Shown here: positions 28,209 through 44,974 of the stretch, piece after piece
Layout of the letters: the number at the start of each line of letters is the position of its first letter
Numbering within the stretch: position 1 is the stretch's first letter
Assembly: GCF_009914755.1 (NCBI RefSeq)
Contig: NC_060936.1
Length of the DNA: 64,000 nucleotides
Direction: 5' to 3' (one strand)
Origin: the human T2T-CHM13v2.0 reference genome, Homo sapiens
Translations under genes and position numbers: made by a program
The notes under the pieces: model-generated
What the model was told of the DNA's origin: nothing
Database searches by the model: none
Seen by the model: only the letters and a program-made list of their open reading frames with translations

Positions 28209-31200
28209 CTATACACTTCCTAAAGTCATTTAGATTGAGATAAGAAAAGCTTATATAAAATGGAGGCATAAAGCTGGAGGAGCTTTCCTATTACAAAATA
28301 ATCTCTAACTTGGATCCACAAATGTTGCCTGATGTCCCAAGTCAGGAAGCATTCTGTTTAAGGAAATATATCCAAACTGGGCGCCAAAAATCCTGGGGCT
28401 GGGAGGGAGGAAGTGGCCCCTGCTTTTAATGAGCTGTGCAATCATAAGCGATAACTAGAACCTACTAAAAGCTCACGTTCCTCAGCTATAAAATGAACAT
28501 GATTTAATAATACCTGTCCTTCTTATCTCACAAGTTTCTATGTGTGATAAATGAGATAGTAAATATAAACATTTTGCAAGGCTGAAATGTTAAAGAAATG
28601 CTAGGGAATCCTATTTGCCCTGCTAATTAAGGAACCAGTGTGTGGCAGGGAGAGGGAGGCCTGGTGGAGGGGAAAACAGGGCTGTTGGGCCATTTAGCCG
28701 AGAATAGTATTTCCAGAGAATGGAATGAAAGAAGCAATGCAGAACAGCAGATGCGGGCTCCTGTTGATCTTTCGCAGGGTGACCCCCATACATCTCCCAT
28801 TTGACACGAATGTCACCGAGCCCAATTAGAATTAGCCTTTCACATAACATTCAAATTCCTGGACTTCCGAGGACAGCCATATAAGGGAGGAACAGCCACA
28901 GCAGATAAGAGGAGAGGAATGGAGAGGCAAAAGGTTACAGAAAAAAAAATGGAGATTTTGACATTCCCCCACACAAAGGACAAGATGTCTCAACAAACCC
29001 TAGAATTTTGGAAAAGATTTAACTAAAGAATATTTATCCAAGTGGTAGGCCCTTCTTTTTCCCAGCATTTCTGTGTGTGGTGGGGTATTTATTGTTATTA
29101 TTATTTGTTTGTATTTCCAGAGTGTATTTTTATGTGTTTGGTTTTTATTTGTTTTGTCTTCTATTCATTGAATTTTTCATTTCCTTTTGCTGCACTCACT
29201 ATGCAAAGCTACTCTGTGCCCCCCAACTTGTCAGCCTAGACACAGAGCAGAGCTCTTCATGTCAGGGTGTTCACTTCCACTAGAATATATTTTTAAAATT
29301 CATTTTCATGCTAATGATGCCCCTGCAAAGATGGTGAAGTGTGGAAAATCAAGTTGCACATGATGTTAAATCATGAAACTGAAGCATTTTTAAGGTTCCC
29401 TAAGATGCTTTAAATGAGCCTTTTTGGTAATTTCAGGGCTCCAGATCACTTAAGCAGAACATTTTTTAAATAAAAATAAAAATTCTTTGATGTGTACCGA
29501 AGAAGGGAGGTAGAAGAAACTGTCAAAAGTGGGCAGCCTGACAGCTCTCCTGACAAGGGAACCCCTGCACTCTATTTTTAAACCGACCTGTGTAATTTAG
29601 GAGAGAAGTCACCATGTCTCCTGATAAAGGTTTTGGGGGCGGCTGGTGGATAAGTTTGCAGTGCTGGAAATGGCAGTGCCACCCACACTGAGAAGGCAGA
29701 GCTGCAAGATTCTGCCTTTTAGTAGAACTGGAAAAAAAAAACAAAAAAAAAAAACGCCAAAAAGTGTGCATTTCCTGAGTAAAATGGAAGCAGCCTCTAA
29801 AAGAGAAAATGCAGAGGCCCCCCAGATCTTCTGAAATTGGTGTGAATGCCACCTTATTGGTGTCAGTAACAAAGAAGAGAGGTTAGTGATGCAAAGCTTA
29901 ACTGAGTGGCATGGAGAAATATTAGTCATGGGCATAAATAAATACGGTTGTTTAATGTCATTCCATTGAGAGAGATGGCGCAAACCTGATAGTTTCAACA
30001 ACGCCTCCAGTACTCCAATAACTGGTCCTTAGAGGGATGGTGAAGACGGAGATTCATCTCCACAAACAGAACACAAAATAATTTGAGTTATTTAACCTCT
30101 GAGTTGTATAATCTGAGTTATTTAACCTCTCTGAGCTGTAGTTTTCGTCGTCTTTAAAATGGACTGTAGCATTGTGCCTTGCAGGGTTACTGTTAGAGTT
30201 AAATAACAGCACAGAGTAAGCAACACTTAACAAAAACACAGGGAAAAAACTCATGCCCTGAGCATCTGCCAGACCTTGAATTGGTTGGAAGGGCTCTCAG
30301 TACGAGGAATTAGAAGGGGTTTTCTTGGAGGCACCACATTATTCTTCTTTGGCAATCAAATAAATGACCCAGCTGCCTCCTCCAGCTTCTGGTTAGACCA
30401 ATGCCTGGTCCTGAATCAAGATCTGACAAAGACCAGTCAGTACCTCTCCCTCAACACCCACCATACTCACTCTCACTCTCTCTCTCTCTCTCTCTCATTC
30501 TCTCTCAGGCCACAGCCAAAAGCACACTCTGTGCCAGTGCCCAGCCTTGGGCAACCGACCCCGACATGGGCCCCGAAAGGCAATTGTTTGACTGAATAGA
30601 GCCTCTTATTAAAAATTAATTTCTGTCAAACCCAATTGCATACGAACACAGCCTCATTGTGATCACTACCGTGACTTCTGGAAACAAACATAAGCCCTAC
30701 TGTTGCCAAAAGCAAGGGGCAGTTTAGGATAGTTCTGAGTCTTGATCTATGAATGCAGCCAGCAGATTCCCTGAGGCTCACAAAGGCATTTGTCCCCTGG
30801 AGGACAGAGACCAGCTCCATTTTCTACTGCCCCTCCATGCCCCACACCCACTCCCTGGGGCATAGTCATAGAGACCAGTGAGCATGCTCCTTAGTGCAAA
30901 CACACACACACAAAATACAAGTTCCGCCACTTCTAAGGGAGTGTGCTTGCCCTTTAAGAGCTTAGGGTTTCTCCTCTGTAAGGCTAAAATAATGATTAAC
31001 ACCACTACCTAACCCACAGGGTCGATGTGGGAGATATGAGATAATGTAAGTAAAAGCATCTGGAATACAGAGAGCAGGTGCTTAATAAACAGCCATCCTA
31101 TTCCCATAACATCCTGCCCTGGGTATCCCTCTATGGGATATTGTCTTCTACAATGTTTCTTCTAAATTTAGAGTACTAAATGGGGATGGGAGTCATTTTC

Positions 31201-31599
31201 TTGATAGCAATGGGTTGAAGAAAACAGAGACCTCAAGTTAAAATGCTCTAGATCCAATTTACGTATCCCACACATCTCTAATAAACTTTGATTTTTCTCT
31301 TCTACATGAATTGTCTCTTCTATTTCCATATCATGAGATCAAGGAGAATCAAGAGTTAGAGGTGGAAAGCTTATCATGTCCTCCTCTTCCCCCTACTTTG
31401 CATATTTTCAACATTTTTGCCATTAAAAACTTGGACCTGACATTGCATGAACTTCTAATATGGTGCAGAGATGGCTAGCTTTTAAAACGAGTGCTACCCT
31501 ACTGATGGAGAAAGAATAAAAATAGTAGCCATGTCCAGTGAGATGAGGGTAGCGAGTCTGAAAGAGGGCAATCAAGCAATAGGGATCAGTGTAAAATGT

Positions 31600-32025
31600 G
31601 GGAGGCTGTTGATGCAGTCATTCCACTTTCAGGAATTATTGAAAGGAAATAATTAATGAGGCAAAATCAATAACTTACATGATACTATTGCTGATCATAG
31701 TAAATGACTGCAAAGAAGCTAAATATTCTAAAATAGGAAGTTGATTATATAAATTATTAGACATTCATACAATAGAAAACGATGTAATAAAGTTGTTTTT
31801 AAAGATGAGGTAAAGCTATGCTCAGTTAAATGGAAAGACATTCCATAAATTGTTAAAGTTTGTGGGAAAAAAATTTGTTGCAGAAAAACATATGAATATA
31901 ATCCTGCTTATGTAAAAATATAAAAATATATGTTTCTATATATTTATGTAAGCATTTTTTAAATCCTAAATATGCTTTGTCAAACTTTTGAGTGGTTATC
32001 TCTGGAAGGAAGATTATAAGAGGGC
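31600..32025 (+). mobile_element. Old L1M 3' fragment
   Basis: attccactttcaggaatt, cattcatacaatagaa, gagtggttatctctgg. Confidence 0.55.
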
Positions 32026-32026
32026 A

Positions 32027-32341
<315 letters not shown>

Positions 32342-32489
32342 TATAAGAGTACTTTTAAAAAACATTTTATAAATGTAGGCATGGTATGAATTGTGTAACT
32401 TAAGCCTCTACACATTTATAATGACCCAAACAAATTTTTTTAAAGCATGTTGCAAAATTTAATCTTTCTCATCTACAAAATTTTTAAAA

Positions 32490-33230
32490 TTTGAGAGTAT
32501 ATAACTAATAATACAGTTTCAAAATATACAAAACAAAGCTTGGTGAAATTAAAGGGAAAGACAGACAATTCAGCAATAGAAGTCATAGATTTAAACATCC
32601 CCTCTTTGCAATTAATAGACCAACTAGACAAGATGTCAGTAAAAATATGGAAGATCTAAACACTGTCAACTAATTACAACTAGTTGACATTTATAGAACA
32701 ATATACCCAACAACTGCAGAATACATATTCTTTTCAAGTGCCCATGATATGTTCACTAAGATAAACCATATGATACACCATAAAACAAGTCTCAGTTATT
32801 TAGAAGTATTGAAATTACACAGAGTTTGCTCATAGCCACCATGAAGGTAGATTGGAAATCAATAATTAAATGTCTAGAAAAGTTCTAAATGTTTAGAAAT
32901 CAAATAGTACAATTCTCAATAATCCAAAGGACCAAGAAGAAGTTACAAGGAAAATTAGAAAATATTTTTAGCTGAATAATAATGAAACTATAACATCAAA
33001 CTTTGTGGATGCAGCTAAAGCAGTGATTAAAGGGAAATTTATAGCTTTGAATGCTTATCTTAAAAAAAAAAAAAGAAAAGAAAGAAAGGTCTAAAATTAA
33101 GTATGTGAGCTTCCCACATTACAAGCTAGAAAAAGAGCAAAGTAAATCCAAAGTAGAAGGAAGGAAATGTTCAAATAAGAGCAGAAACCAAAGAAATGAT
33201 AAGAAAACAAACAAACAAACAAAATTAGCA
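32490..33230 (+). mobile_element. L1M ORF2 endonuclease-region fragment
   Basis: gacatttatagaaca, gcagaatacatattcttttcaagtg, ggatgcagctaaagcagtg...gggaaatttatagc. Confidence 0.85.
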
Positions 33231-33455
33231 TAAGAAAAGGGTTCAGAAGAGCTTTAAGATCTCTTTCTCCAAAAAGTTCTGTAATTCTAAGTGCATTTAG
33301 CATATCAGATTCCTAAAGACTTTCTTCCTATCTCTGGGTGAGAAACAAATGTTTATTTAGCAAACATTTGTTTATTTGCTTGTTTCTTTTAGGCAAAACC
33401 CTAAAAGAAATGATATAAGACATATACCATTCGTACCCCAGAAAATAAGCAAGTA

Positions 33456-34024
33456 CAGTAGGCCATCCATATTCTGAAATTTCTCATCCATAGATTCAAC
33501 CAATCTTGAATCAAATATATTCAGTAAAAAAAGATTAAAAATAGCCAGGCGCAGTAGCTCATGCCTCTAATCCCAGCACTTTGGGAGGCCAAGGTGGATG
33601 GAACAATTGGGCCCAGGAGTTCCAGACCAGCCTGGGCAGCATGGCAAAATCTTGTCTCTACAAAAAATACAAAAATTAGCCTGGTGTGGTTGCATGTGTC
33701 TGGAGTCCCAGCTACTCAGTAGGGTGAGATGGGAGGATCGCCTGAGCCTAGGGGGGTGGAGGCTGTCTTAAAAAGAAAAAGAAAGAAAGAAAAGAGAAAA
33801 AGAAAGATTAAAAATACACCATAACAACTATTTATATAGCATTTACATTGTATTAGGTATAATTAGTAATCTAGAGATAATTTAAAGTATACGGGCGGAT
33901 GTGGATAGGTTATATGCAAATACTACTCCATTTTATATAAGGGACTTGAGCATCTCCAATTTTTGAGGGAACTATCTGAGGGGAGTCCTGGAACCAATCC
34001 CCGAAGTATACTGAGGGATGATTG
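33456..34024 (-). mobile_element. MER2 (TcMar-Tigger) interrupted by an Alu
   Basis: Matches the remembered MER2 consensus (ataacaactatttatatagcatttacattgtattagg...ggaaccaatcccc); TA dinucleotides flank both ends. Confidence 0.85.
33544..33802 (+). mobile_element. AluJ with right-arm deletion, inserted in MER2
   Basis: TSD aaagattaaaaata. ggaggctg is joined directly to tcttaaaaa, so ~55 nt are missing. Confidence 0.9.
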
Positions 34025-34072
34025 TATACATTACCTATCTAATGATATGCAGTGACTTATTAAGAGTCTAGA

Positions 34073-34424
<352 letters not shown>

Positions 34425-35308
34425 TCATTAATATGCACAGTGCTTCTATTTGTTCATGCATTCTACAGATAATTATTGTAGTGCCAGGCACCATCCTAGG
34501 TGATAGGTCAACGTTAGTATTTATGAGCTAGGTATTACTGCTCCTATTTTATAGTTGAGAAAACTGAGTTTCAGAGAAGAAAAGTAACTAGCTCAGCATC
34601 ACAGGGTATTGTTAAGCAAAAATGTCCAACCTATCTGAAAGCCTAGTTTTTAACAACTATGCTACATGAAAAGACACTAAGCCACAAAGATGAAGGCACA
34701 GAGTTGAGCCAACATCTATAATAGAATATGAGAAACTATACAATGGCAACAAAGACAAATTGCCTTGGGACCATGTTAAATCAACTCCTAATCTTTTCAA
34801 AGAATTCAGAAAGCTTCTGAGAAGAGGTGACTTTTGAGCTAAGACTTGAAGAAAAATTTGTCAAGAACGGTAGTAAACACATCATCACATTTAAAGTGTA
34901 CAATAACCCTGAAAAAAATAGCATTATGGTTCTTTCACAGAAGAGAAAACTGAGGTCAAGAGAGATGAGGGGCTTGCTCAGAATCAGTCAGTTACTATGG
35001 TATATGCCAATGTCCATGCCAAGCATTTCACAGCCATTGGTCTCCTGACAATCCTGACGTTTAGGCAGCACCACCACTAACATTGTTGCCACTTGGTCTT
35101 GCCTAGGTCTTGGCAATAGCTTGTGCTTTAGTGGTGAAGCTGAAATATACACCCAATTCAGCCTTACTCCCAGACCCAAAAAGTAGGTTCTGTGAAAGTT
35201 TTCTTGCGTATGAATCCAAGTCCTGGGTTCTAAAGGGAAGAGTGACCTTAGGAAAGAAAGAGATAAAATTAATTTATTTAGGCACATGTCAAGAAATTCG
35301 CTCAGTCT

Positions 35309-35636
35309 GACCAGGCACAGTGGCTCACACCTGTAATCCCAACACTTGGGAGGCTGAGGCAGACGAATCACTGGAGCTCAGGAGCTCAAGACCAGCCTGG
35401 GCAACACGGCGAAACCCCATTTCAACAAAAAATACAGCCAGGCGTGGTGGCATGCACCTGTTGTCCTGACTACTTAGGGGGCTCAGGAAGGAAGATCAGT
35501 TGAGCCTGGGAAGTCAAGGCTGCAGTGAGCCATGTTCACGCCACTGCCCTCCAAGCTAGGTGACATATGGAGACCTTGAAAAAAAAAAAGAAAAGAAAAG
35601 AAAAGAAAGAAAGAAAGTGAGAAAGAGAGAGGAAGG

Positions 35637-35668
<32 letters not shown>

Positions 35669-35672
35669 AAGG

Positions 35673-35704
<32 letters not shown>

Positions 35705-35706
35705 AA
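35309..35706 (+). mobile_element. AluJ with expanded polypurine tail (GAAAA/GAAA/GGAA/GGCA)
   Basis: Alu dimer followed by a ~125-bp purine-rich repeat. Confidence 0.9.
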
Positions 35707-37314
35707 TTCCTTCTTCCCACCAAAACAAATCTCCAGTGCACCTAAAATAAAAAAAAAAAAACAACCTAAAAATGCTGATTATCACTTCAAATTAAGGAAT
35801 AGGCTTCAAAACATTTTTTTAAAACCTCACTTCTCCCCACCCGTCCCTACAGGTTGATTTACGCACACTTCTTAAGCCAAGTCAAAGAACTGGCTTAACT
35901 CTAGTTTCCCTTAGAAAGCGTGACTCCAGGCTGCCTGAGCTTCCTCTGTCCTTTTGTGACCTCCTGATGACCTGGGAGTTCCACCCACTTTTTAGGGCCT
36001 CTCGGAGCCTTGAATCTACACATCAGTGGGATTTAGTTTCCCTTTTGCTTTAATGACTCCTCAGAACCTTACTCATGTAGCAATCTCACCCACTTCCTTT
36101 CTTGTTTCTCTGGTCCTTATGGGCTATAGCCCACCTCTCCTTCCCATGCAGGCAGGTTCTCAGGGACAATGGTGATTTATTTATTTACAGTTCTCCTTAT
36201 ATTTTGTTTGGTTAGCTTTTATTTATTTCTTTTTCTCAGGTGGGGGAAAAAGCTAGGTTATGTCTTTGGGTGTCAGCTAGTAATCTTTCACTTTTCTTCC
36301 CATGTAACCACCCCCACCCGTTTTTTTTGTTTTGTTTTGTTTTTTGTTTTTTTTGTATAATTATAGGTTTCACCTCATCAGACAGTTAGACTTTAAATTG
36401 GTCTATCTTTAGGCTGAAGAAATCATCTTGAAAATTCAGAATCAATACAAGAATCATGGTACTAGATTAGTATCACTAAGACTCAACATCTAAAAATGAA
36501 ATATTTAAAAATATATACATGTTTTGAAAAGAAAGAAGAGGAACAGAAGAATTGGAAAATGTTTGACTCAACTAGCTCATGCATGTACCTTTCCTATCTG
36601 TCCTCCAAGGAGTGAGGGAAAGACTTTGTTAAGAATAACCACCATCAGCAAAACCCCACAATTCTGAAGCACAACCACACAAAATGCAAAGGGATATTTG
36701 GCATAGAGGAAGTGAACTTCACAGAAATTGCATGTGGCCGTGCAAAGAATTCTGCAAATTTAACATATCACAAAGAATGTACTGAACAAATTTTGTTATG
36801 AGTTTTCAAAAGCCTCTCACATCTCTCAATGGTCTCCAAAGTAAACACATCTCCCACACTGTAGCATCCATTACTATAGTTTTGAGTTTCTGCTCTGAAA
36901 TGATGCAATCTTCTACTCAGGACGGCTTCGTAAATATCTTTCCCAAATGATGGAGAAACAGAATTCAACTTCACTTCTTTCATTCCTCAAAGAACATGTC
37001 ATGCAGGGCTGCACGTTAGTGGCCATCAACCAGGAAATATTTCGTAAACAGAATTTGTACTCCATTTATTCTGAGTTTACTTTTAGAAGCCACTTATCTC
37101 TTTTAGAAGAACTTCCCTTGCCAATCACCTTTTGGAAAAGGCCTGGAAGAGACACTCCCTGAGGACGTGCAGAATCCTAGGTCAACAGCATATACAGTGG
37201 AAATAAATAACTAAAGTATCTACATCTTAGGATGGTCCCTTTCCTTCCTAAGACAATCAGTCTTTTCAGAGCAATTGAAACACATATGCAGGTGTACACA
37301 CATGGACGTGGGTG

Positions 37315-37345
<31 letters not shown>

Positions 37346-37725
37346 CAATATCTCCTCTAGTACATTCTTTGATATGTGACCATTACTTCTTCTCTAATAA
37401 TTGTGATTAAAACTCCCAAAACAAGGAATGTCTTTGGAGATGGAAAGGCCACTAAAATTCATATTGTTCAATGCTCTCATTTTGCAAATGATGATGCTGA
37501 GATCCAGTATGTTAAATTTATCCCAAAGAATTTATATGCTCCTAGAATTTTCAGATAAGATTAGAGTTTCTCCTTTTGAGACCTCTTAGCGGAAAGATCA
37601 AAGGCTCTGAGGTCAGCCCAGCCCGGTTTCAAATCTCAGCGCTACTGTTTACCACTTGGAGATCCTAGATAATTAATCACTCTAAGCCTCCATTTTCCCA
37701 TCTACAAAATGGAGATAATAAGAGC

Positions 37726-38175
37726 TGAAAGAATCCAGAATATAACACTGTGAAGAGTTTTCTTCTAAACATTCGTTATCTGCTTAAAAGCAGAGCCTCC
37801 TAAAAGAATTCAACTGTTAAAACTCCCCTCCCAGGAGTTTTGTAACCAGGAAAGATTGAAATCACCTAAACAGGCATTGTCACAAAATGATAGTATCTCC
37901 CATCTATTCTCCTACAGGCCTATTTATCTTTCCTACAAGTCATTTGTTTTCCTATAAGTAATCTTCTCCCTCTCTCCTCCTTCACCTATTCCTTCACCCT
38001 CTCCTTCACCCAATTCTAAGCACCTCCTTGAGTCATACTTTTTGGTAAATTCCCAAGTACTTATGTGAATAAAAATACATGTTTTCTCTTGCTAATCTAT
38101 CTTTTGTGAGTTTAATTTTCAAGCCTCCAAAAGTTAAACCTAAGAGGATAGAGGAAAAAGTTTCCCTCCCCGACA
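37726..38175 (+). mobile_element. ERV1 solo LTR (MER34-like) inserted in MIR sequence
   Basis: TG...CA termini, 4-bp TSD gagc (37722-37725 and 38176-38179), internal aataaa, 3' end aacctaagaggatagaggaaaaagtttccctccccgaca. Confidence 0.8.
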
Positions 38176-38899
38176 GAGCTAACATGTATTAATTACTTAC
38201 AACAATCAAGGCCCTGTTCTAATCATACTGAGTGTATTAATTCAGTTACTTCTGACCATGTCTTTTTTTTTTTATTTTTATTTTACAGATAAGGAAACTA
38301 AGGCACAGAGAGGTTAGCCAACTTGCTTAGCGTCAGACAGCTAGTAAGTGATGGAGCCAGAATTTGCACCTAGCCATCAAGCTCCAGAGCCCTTGTGCTT
38401 AACCACTGTGTGACAGTAACCTTACCTCGCAAGAGGGTACTAAAGATGAGATGAGATCATCTGCACACAGCTTCCAGCCTGGCACAAAGGAAGGGCTCCA
38501 TAAATGTAGATGCCATTTTGACCATTAGAAAACCATCTGTCAATCTGCTGTTGATAAAACCAGGGTGTTTCCCATCTCTCATCAAGGGATTAGAGTAGCG
38601 CAAAGACTCTAACCTGTAAGCAATGTAACTAATTTGTGTTTTCATTAGCCACAGCTTAATGGCCGGTGTGGAGGGTATTGGAGTTCCAGAAAACAGACAA
38701 GGACAAGAGAGCCAAAGGATAAAAATCTATCAGAGGTATCCAGCATCATTCAATCGAACTTAACCTTCCAGTAACTTAAAAGATGTGGTTTTGTCTGTTT
38801 TGTTTGTTTTACCGCAGAGCAGGAATATTTCTCTTGACCTTTATATAACTTAGATGAAGTATGGCACAAACTCCTTTGATTTTGATTCCGGCCTCATCA

Positions 38900-39337
<438 letters not shown>

Positions 39338-39538
39338 TCAAACATCCCTGTGAGCAAATACCAGCTTCATCAAGTACCTGGGGAACCTTCAGCAAGTTAC
39401 TTAATTTAAACTCTCTGAGTTTCTGTTTAAGCATCTAAAGGATGGAAATTTAATATCCCTACAAAACCTACCTCGTAGGATAGTTGAGCCAGCCTGATGG
39501 CAAACAGCACAATGTATTCTTTTTTAAATTCATAAATT

Positions 39539-40158
<620 letters not shown>

Positions 40159-42685
40159 TAATAGATTGGCTTTATGATTTATCAGTCTCTTGCAAGAAGT
40201 CTTCCATGACCTTTCCCTTCCACAAATGGATATAAACAAAAGAAAAATAAAATCCCCTGCTCCACTAAATTTTTGCAGTACTTCTGGATCTTACTTATGA
40301 AAGCAGTTTATGTTACACATTATGTGACAGTCGAAGTGCTGAGCATTTTACGTGCATTTTCTCATTTAATCCGGATAACAACAGTGTGAGGTAAATACCA
40401 TTATTATTTCCATTTTTTAACAGATGGGAAACTTACTAAGATTAAGCACCTGGCCTAAGGTTACACAGGTAGCTAGTGATGAAGCTTATATTTGAACCTG
40501 CAAGAGTCTAAATCCAGAGACTATGTTCTTTATGCTACTTGTTACTTTATATCTTATAATGATTTATGTTCAAGGCTGTTTTCATTTCAAGGCTGAAAGG
40601 TCAAATTTGTGTCTAATTTATCTCTTTATGGCACTCAGAACATTCCCTGAATATAATAGGTTGTCTATGCCTTGTTGAATTAATAAATGAATAGTGGCAT
40701 ACATAATTCCATTCCCCAGAGCCTCATCAATTACAATTTATTTGCATTTTTCTAGGTGCTTTACGTCAATTTTCTCATTGAATCCTCCCAACTCCATCAG
40801 CTAAGTGTTATTATTATTCTCATTGCACAGGTGAAGAAACCAAGGCTCAGAGAGACTTGTCTGAAATTGAGGATCTACACAGACTAGGCAAGGTCACATG
40901 GCTAACAAGTGACAGATCTGGGTTCACATCTGGGAAAACTGAACCCACTGACTGAGCTTGTAACCATCACTCCTCAGCTGAAAATAGGATCAGAACAGAG
41001 ATAGCCTCATCAAACCATGGGCATAATTTATGGTCCACTCAGCCAGCATTTCTCATTTTAAAAGTTTTAAACCTGAATTGCTTCTGTCAAAGAGTTAGAA
41101 GGGACTCAAAAATGTGAAACCTTGGATAGAGATCAGTGGCAATTCCAAAATATCCTTATAGGAAGGGTTTGGGAATAACAATCTCATTGAAATTGGGGGA
41201 GGGGGATAAGGAATTTTGAAATTATCGTAAAGCTATATTTTAATATGAAGCTCACTGTTTTGTCAATCAGATTCTATTATTGTGGGCTGCTGATGGATAT
41301 TATAAGGGCATATTAAAGAAGTAATCACTATTCTGCTGGAGGATATATTAAAAATGTGTATTTCATGAATCTGTATGTATGTATGCCTATCATTTTTCAA
41401 AAGTGGTTTAAACATCAATAAAGTGAAAATTCAAATCAATAGATGACACAGAGATTTTTTGAGAATTCAAACATCATCATGACAATAATAAACGTCAGGA
41501 AGGTCTTGCAGAGATGTGTGAGTAGCCAGTAAATAGCCGTGCTCAGTGCAGTTGGTTGCACAGGAATAGCTGCAGGAAAAGAGAACGCACCTCGTGCTTA
41601 GAAGACCAAGGACTCCGAGTGCAGACGTGATCCAGGAAAAGGATGATGGCATCATTGCCGACCATTCCCTGAAGGGGTCGGTCCAATGTATTGTGGCAGT
41701 CACAAAAGCAAGCATCATCAGGAAGGATGTCAAAAACAAAATAGAAAGCACAATCTTATGAGCGTTTGCACACACGCACACACATATACACAGAGAGACA
41801 CCAGAATTCATTGGCTCCAGAAATACTGAGTATAGTTCCAGCCATCAAACCTGAAAAATGGCATAATGAAACTGGAACTTACTTAAAGGAGGTCCCTTAA
41901 AATGATTAGGGTTTGAAAAGAAACCAAAGAGACTTTAAAACACTTCAGCCTAGAAAGACAAAACATAAGAGTTGGCGGATCAGGTTGATAAAATCACAAA
42001 GGGTACTGATTAAGTGAACACAGATTCTGACACCAAATCCCAGCAAAGCAGACCTAGAAGCCCTGGTAAAATTTTTAAAAAAGTGCTTTTAGGACTATTT
42101 ATATTTTCAAGTGCTACTTTATAGGGCAAGTAACAAACTAGAAAAAAAATCATAACTCTAAAAGTCTATAGTTGTGAGCCCATGATAGTTATGGTGCAGT
42201 TATACCTACACTATATGCTCAGCCTTTTGATGTCCATCTTTGGAAAGACATCTAGCAAGCTCCCTTTAATGCTGTTGTTCTTTGAATGCCCTAAGAGAGG
42301 AGATGCTAGATTAAATGTTGGTTTACTACACATGGCAGATCTGGTAATTCCCAAACAGGACAATCAAAAGAATCACCTGAGGGCCATTTATAAAAAACCA
42401 GATTCCCAGGCTTCATTTCCAAAAATTCTGAATCAGTAAGTCCGGGGCTTAGCAACTCTAAGAGAAAATCCTTTCCATAGATGAATCCAAGGTATAAGTT
42501 GATTGGCTGAAATGGAATCATGTCCCACCCCTGAAACAATCACTGAAACCAGAAAATGAGGCCTTTTTTGGCCTGGGCTGGGTTATATACCCTTCCCTAT
42601 GATGGGAATGGAGTTTTCTCCAGAAAAGAAGAAGGTAGATGACTAACATTCAGTGCCCCCTACTTCCTGAGAAACAGAACCTCAG

Positions 42686-42766
42686 TTATATTGGTACAAA
42701 AGTAATAGCAGTTTTTGCAATGATTGTAATGGCAAAAAACACAATTACTTTTGCACCAAACTAATA
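42686..42766. mobile_element. MADE1 mariner-derived MITE
   Basis: ttggtacaaaagtaatagcagtttttgcaat...atggcaaaaaacacaattacttttgcaccaa forms an ~80-bp palindrome matching the Hsmar1 TIR-derived MADE1. Confidence 0.9.
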
Positions 42767-43829
42767 TTAGGGGAAGCTTGTGTCCAACTGAAAGTCTGTA
42801 TCCCCAGCCTCTCTAGCTATGGCCATGTGGCTAATTCCAGCCATTAAGAACATGGAGTACAAGTCTGCTGTAGGATTTCCAGCAGGCATCTTTAAGAGAA
42901 TTGACTCAAGGAAGTAAACCTTTTTTCTTTTTCTCTTTCCTTCTTTCGGTGACAGAATGTATGACTGGACAGGGAATCTCTATCTTGTGATCTTTAAGAT
43001 CAAAGACAGAAGAAGCCTGAATCTCAAATGATCTCATAAAATTGTCCTACCAGGCTTGAATTTCCCACTCCTGGCTTTTATAGATGAGAATAAACCCTCA
43101 TGAGTTTTGATAATTTTCAGTTTTCATTCTCTGTTGTAGACTTCTGAACCTAGTCCTCCCTGATACTGTAGAATTCCACAACTACAAGTAACTGGGAAGG
43201 GAGGATAGGCAGACAAAAAAAATACAGTTATTTCTGCACTTTGCAACTTCTCTTTAAATTTTATCTCTCATATCCCTAAGCATCTTGATTTTTTATCTCT
43301 GTTTTACATCTTGAAAAATATTGTTGCCATCTCTTGCGAGGAAGTTTGTCTTTTACTACTTCCAAAGCTGGGTGTAATTCATTACTCACAACTGTCACAT
43401 CTTTTCCACATCTATGTGAAAAACTAGCCCCTCTTCAAAACTGAGTTCAAGATTTAGTATAACCAAAAACACTTCTAGGCCAGCCCCACTTCAATCGAGA
43501 TAATCAAAAGTATCTATTCTTTCAACTTAATCTCTCTGACTCTGTTTCCACATTTGTTAAATGGATTCAATGAGTGGATTTCAAATATGTTTAGGCACAA
43601 GTCCCACATGAGTCTCCTAGAACTCCATGTAGGGTTATACAGGTTGGGCATGGCCATTTGTATCATTATCTTTCTGACTGATACCCTGTAGAGCTGTGCA
43701 GTGTACATCCTGCCTCCAAATGTAGCCTGGTCCTTCCCTGAGGAACAAAGTTTGAAAAGCATTGTACTGATATTTTTAATGCATATACTCAATAGAGGAC
43801 TAGTATTTAGAGTGTCCAAGCACCTCTGA

Positions 43830-44767
<938 letters not shown>

Positions 44768-44974
44768 TTTAAAGAGTGTTTTGACGGCATTACTCTACTG
44801 TTAACGTTAGAAACAGATGAAAAAAATAGGAATAAAGGAACAATTATAGCAGTTGTTGAATGTTTTCAAGATTGAACCAAGAAATTAGTATGGCTAAACA
44901 CTTTCATATCTATCTCCGTGGGTACTCACTATTACTCTCACAGTCCCACATTGAAACAACATTCACGCAACCAA

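Noticed and set aside
30085-30130. 30-bp-period duplication of gagttatttaacctct
   Set aside because: Small tandem duplication inside a MIR; unremarkable.
36901-36909. Perfect C/EBP-ATF composite motif TGATGCAAT
   Set aside because: A single 9-mer in 64 kb of AT-rich DNA is near chance expectation and has no supporting cluster.
41467-41811. 114-aa hydrophobic minus-strand ORF resembling a membrane protein or pseudogene
   Set aside because: Runs through a (CA)n-type repeat; no recognisable family, poly(A) tail or TSD.
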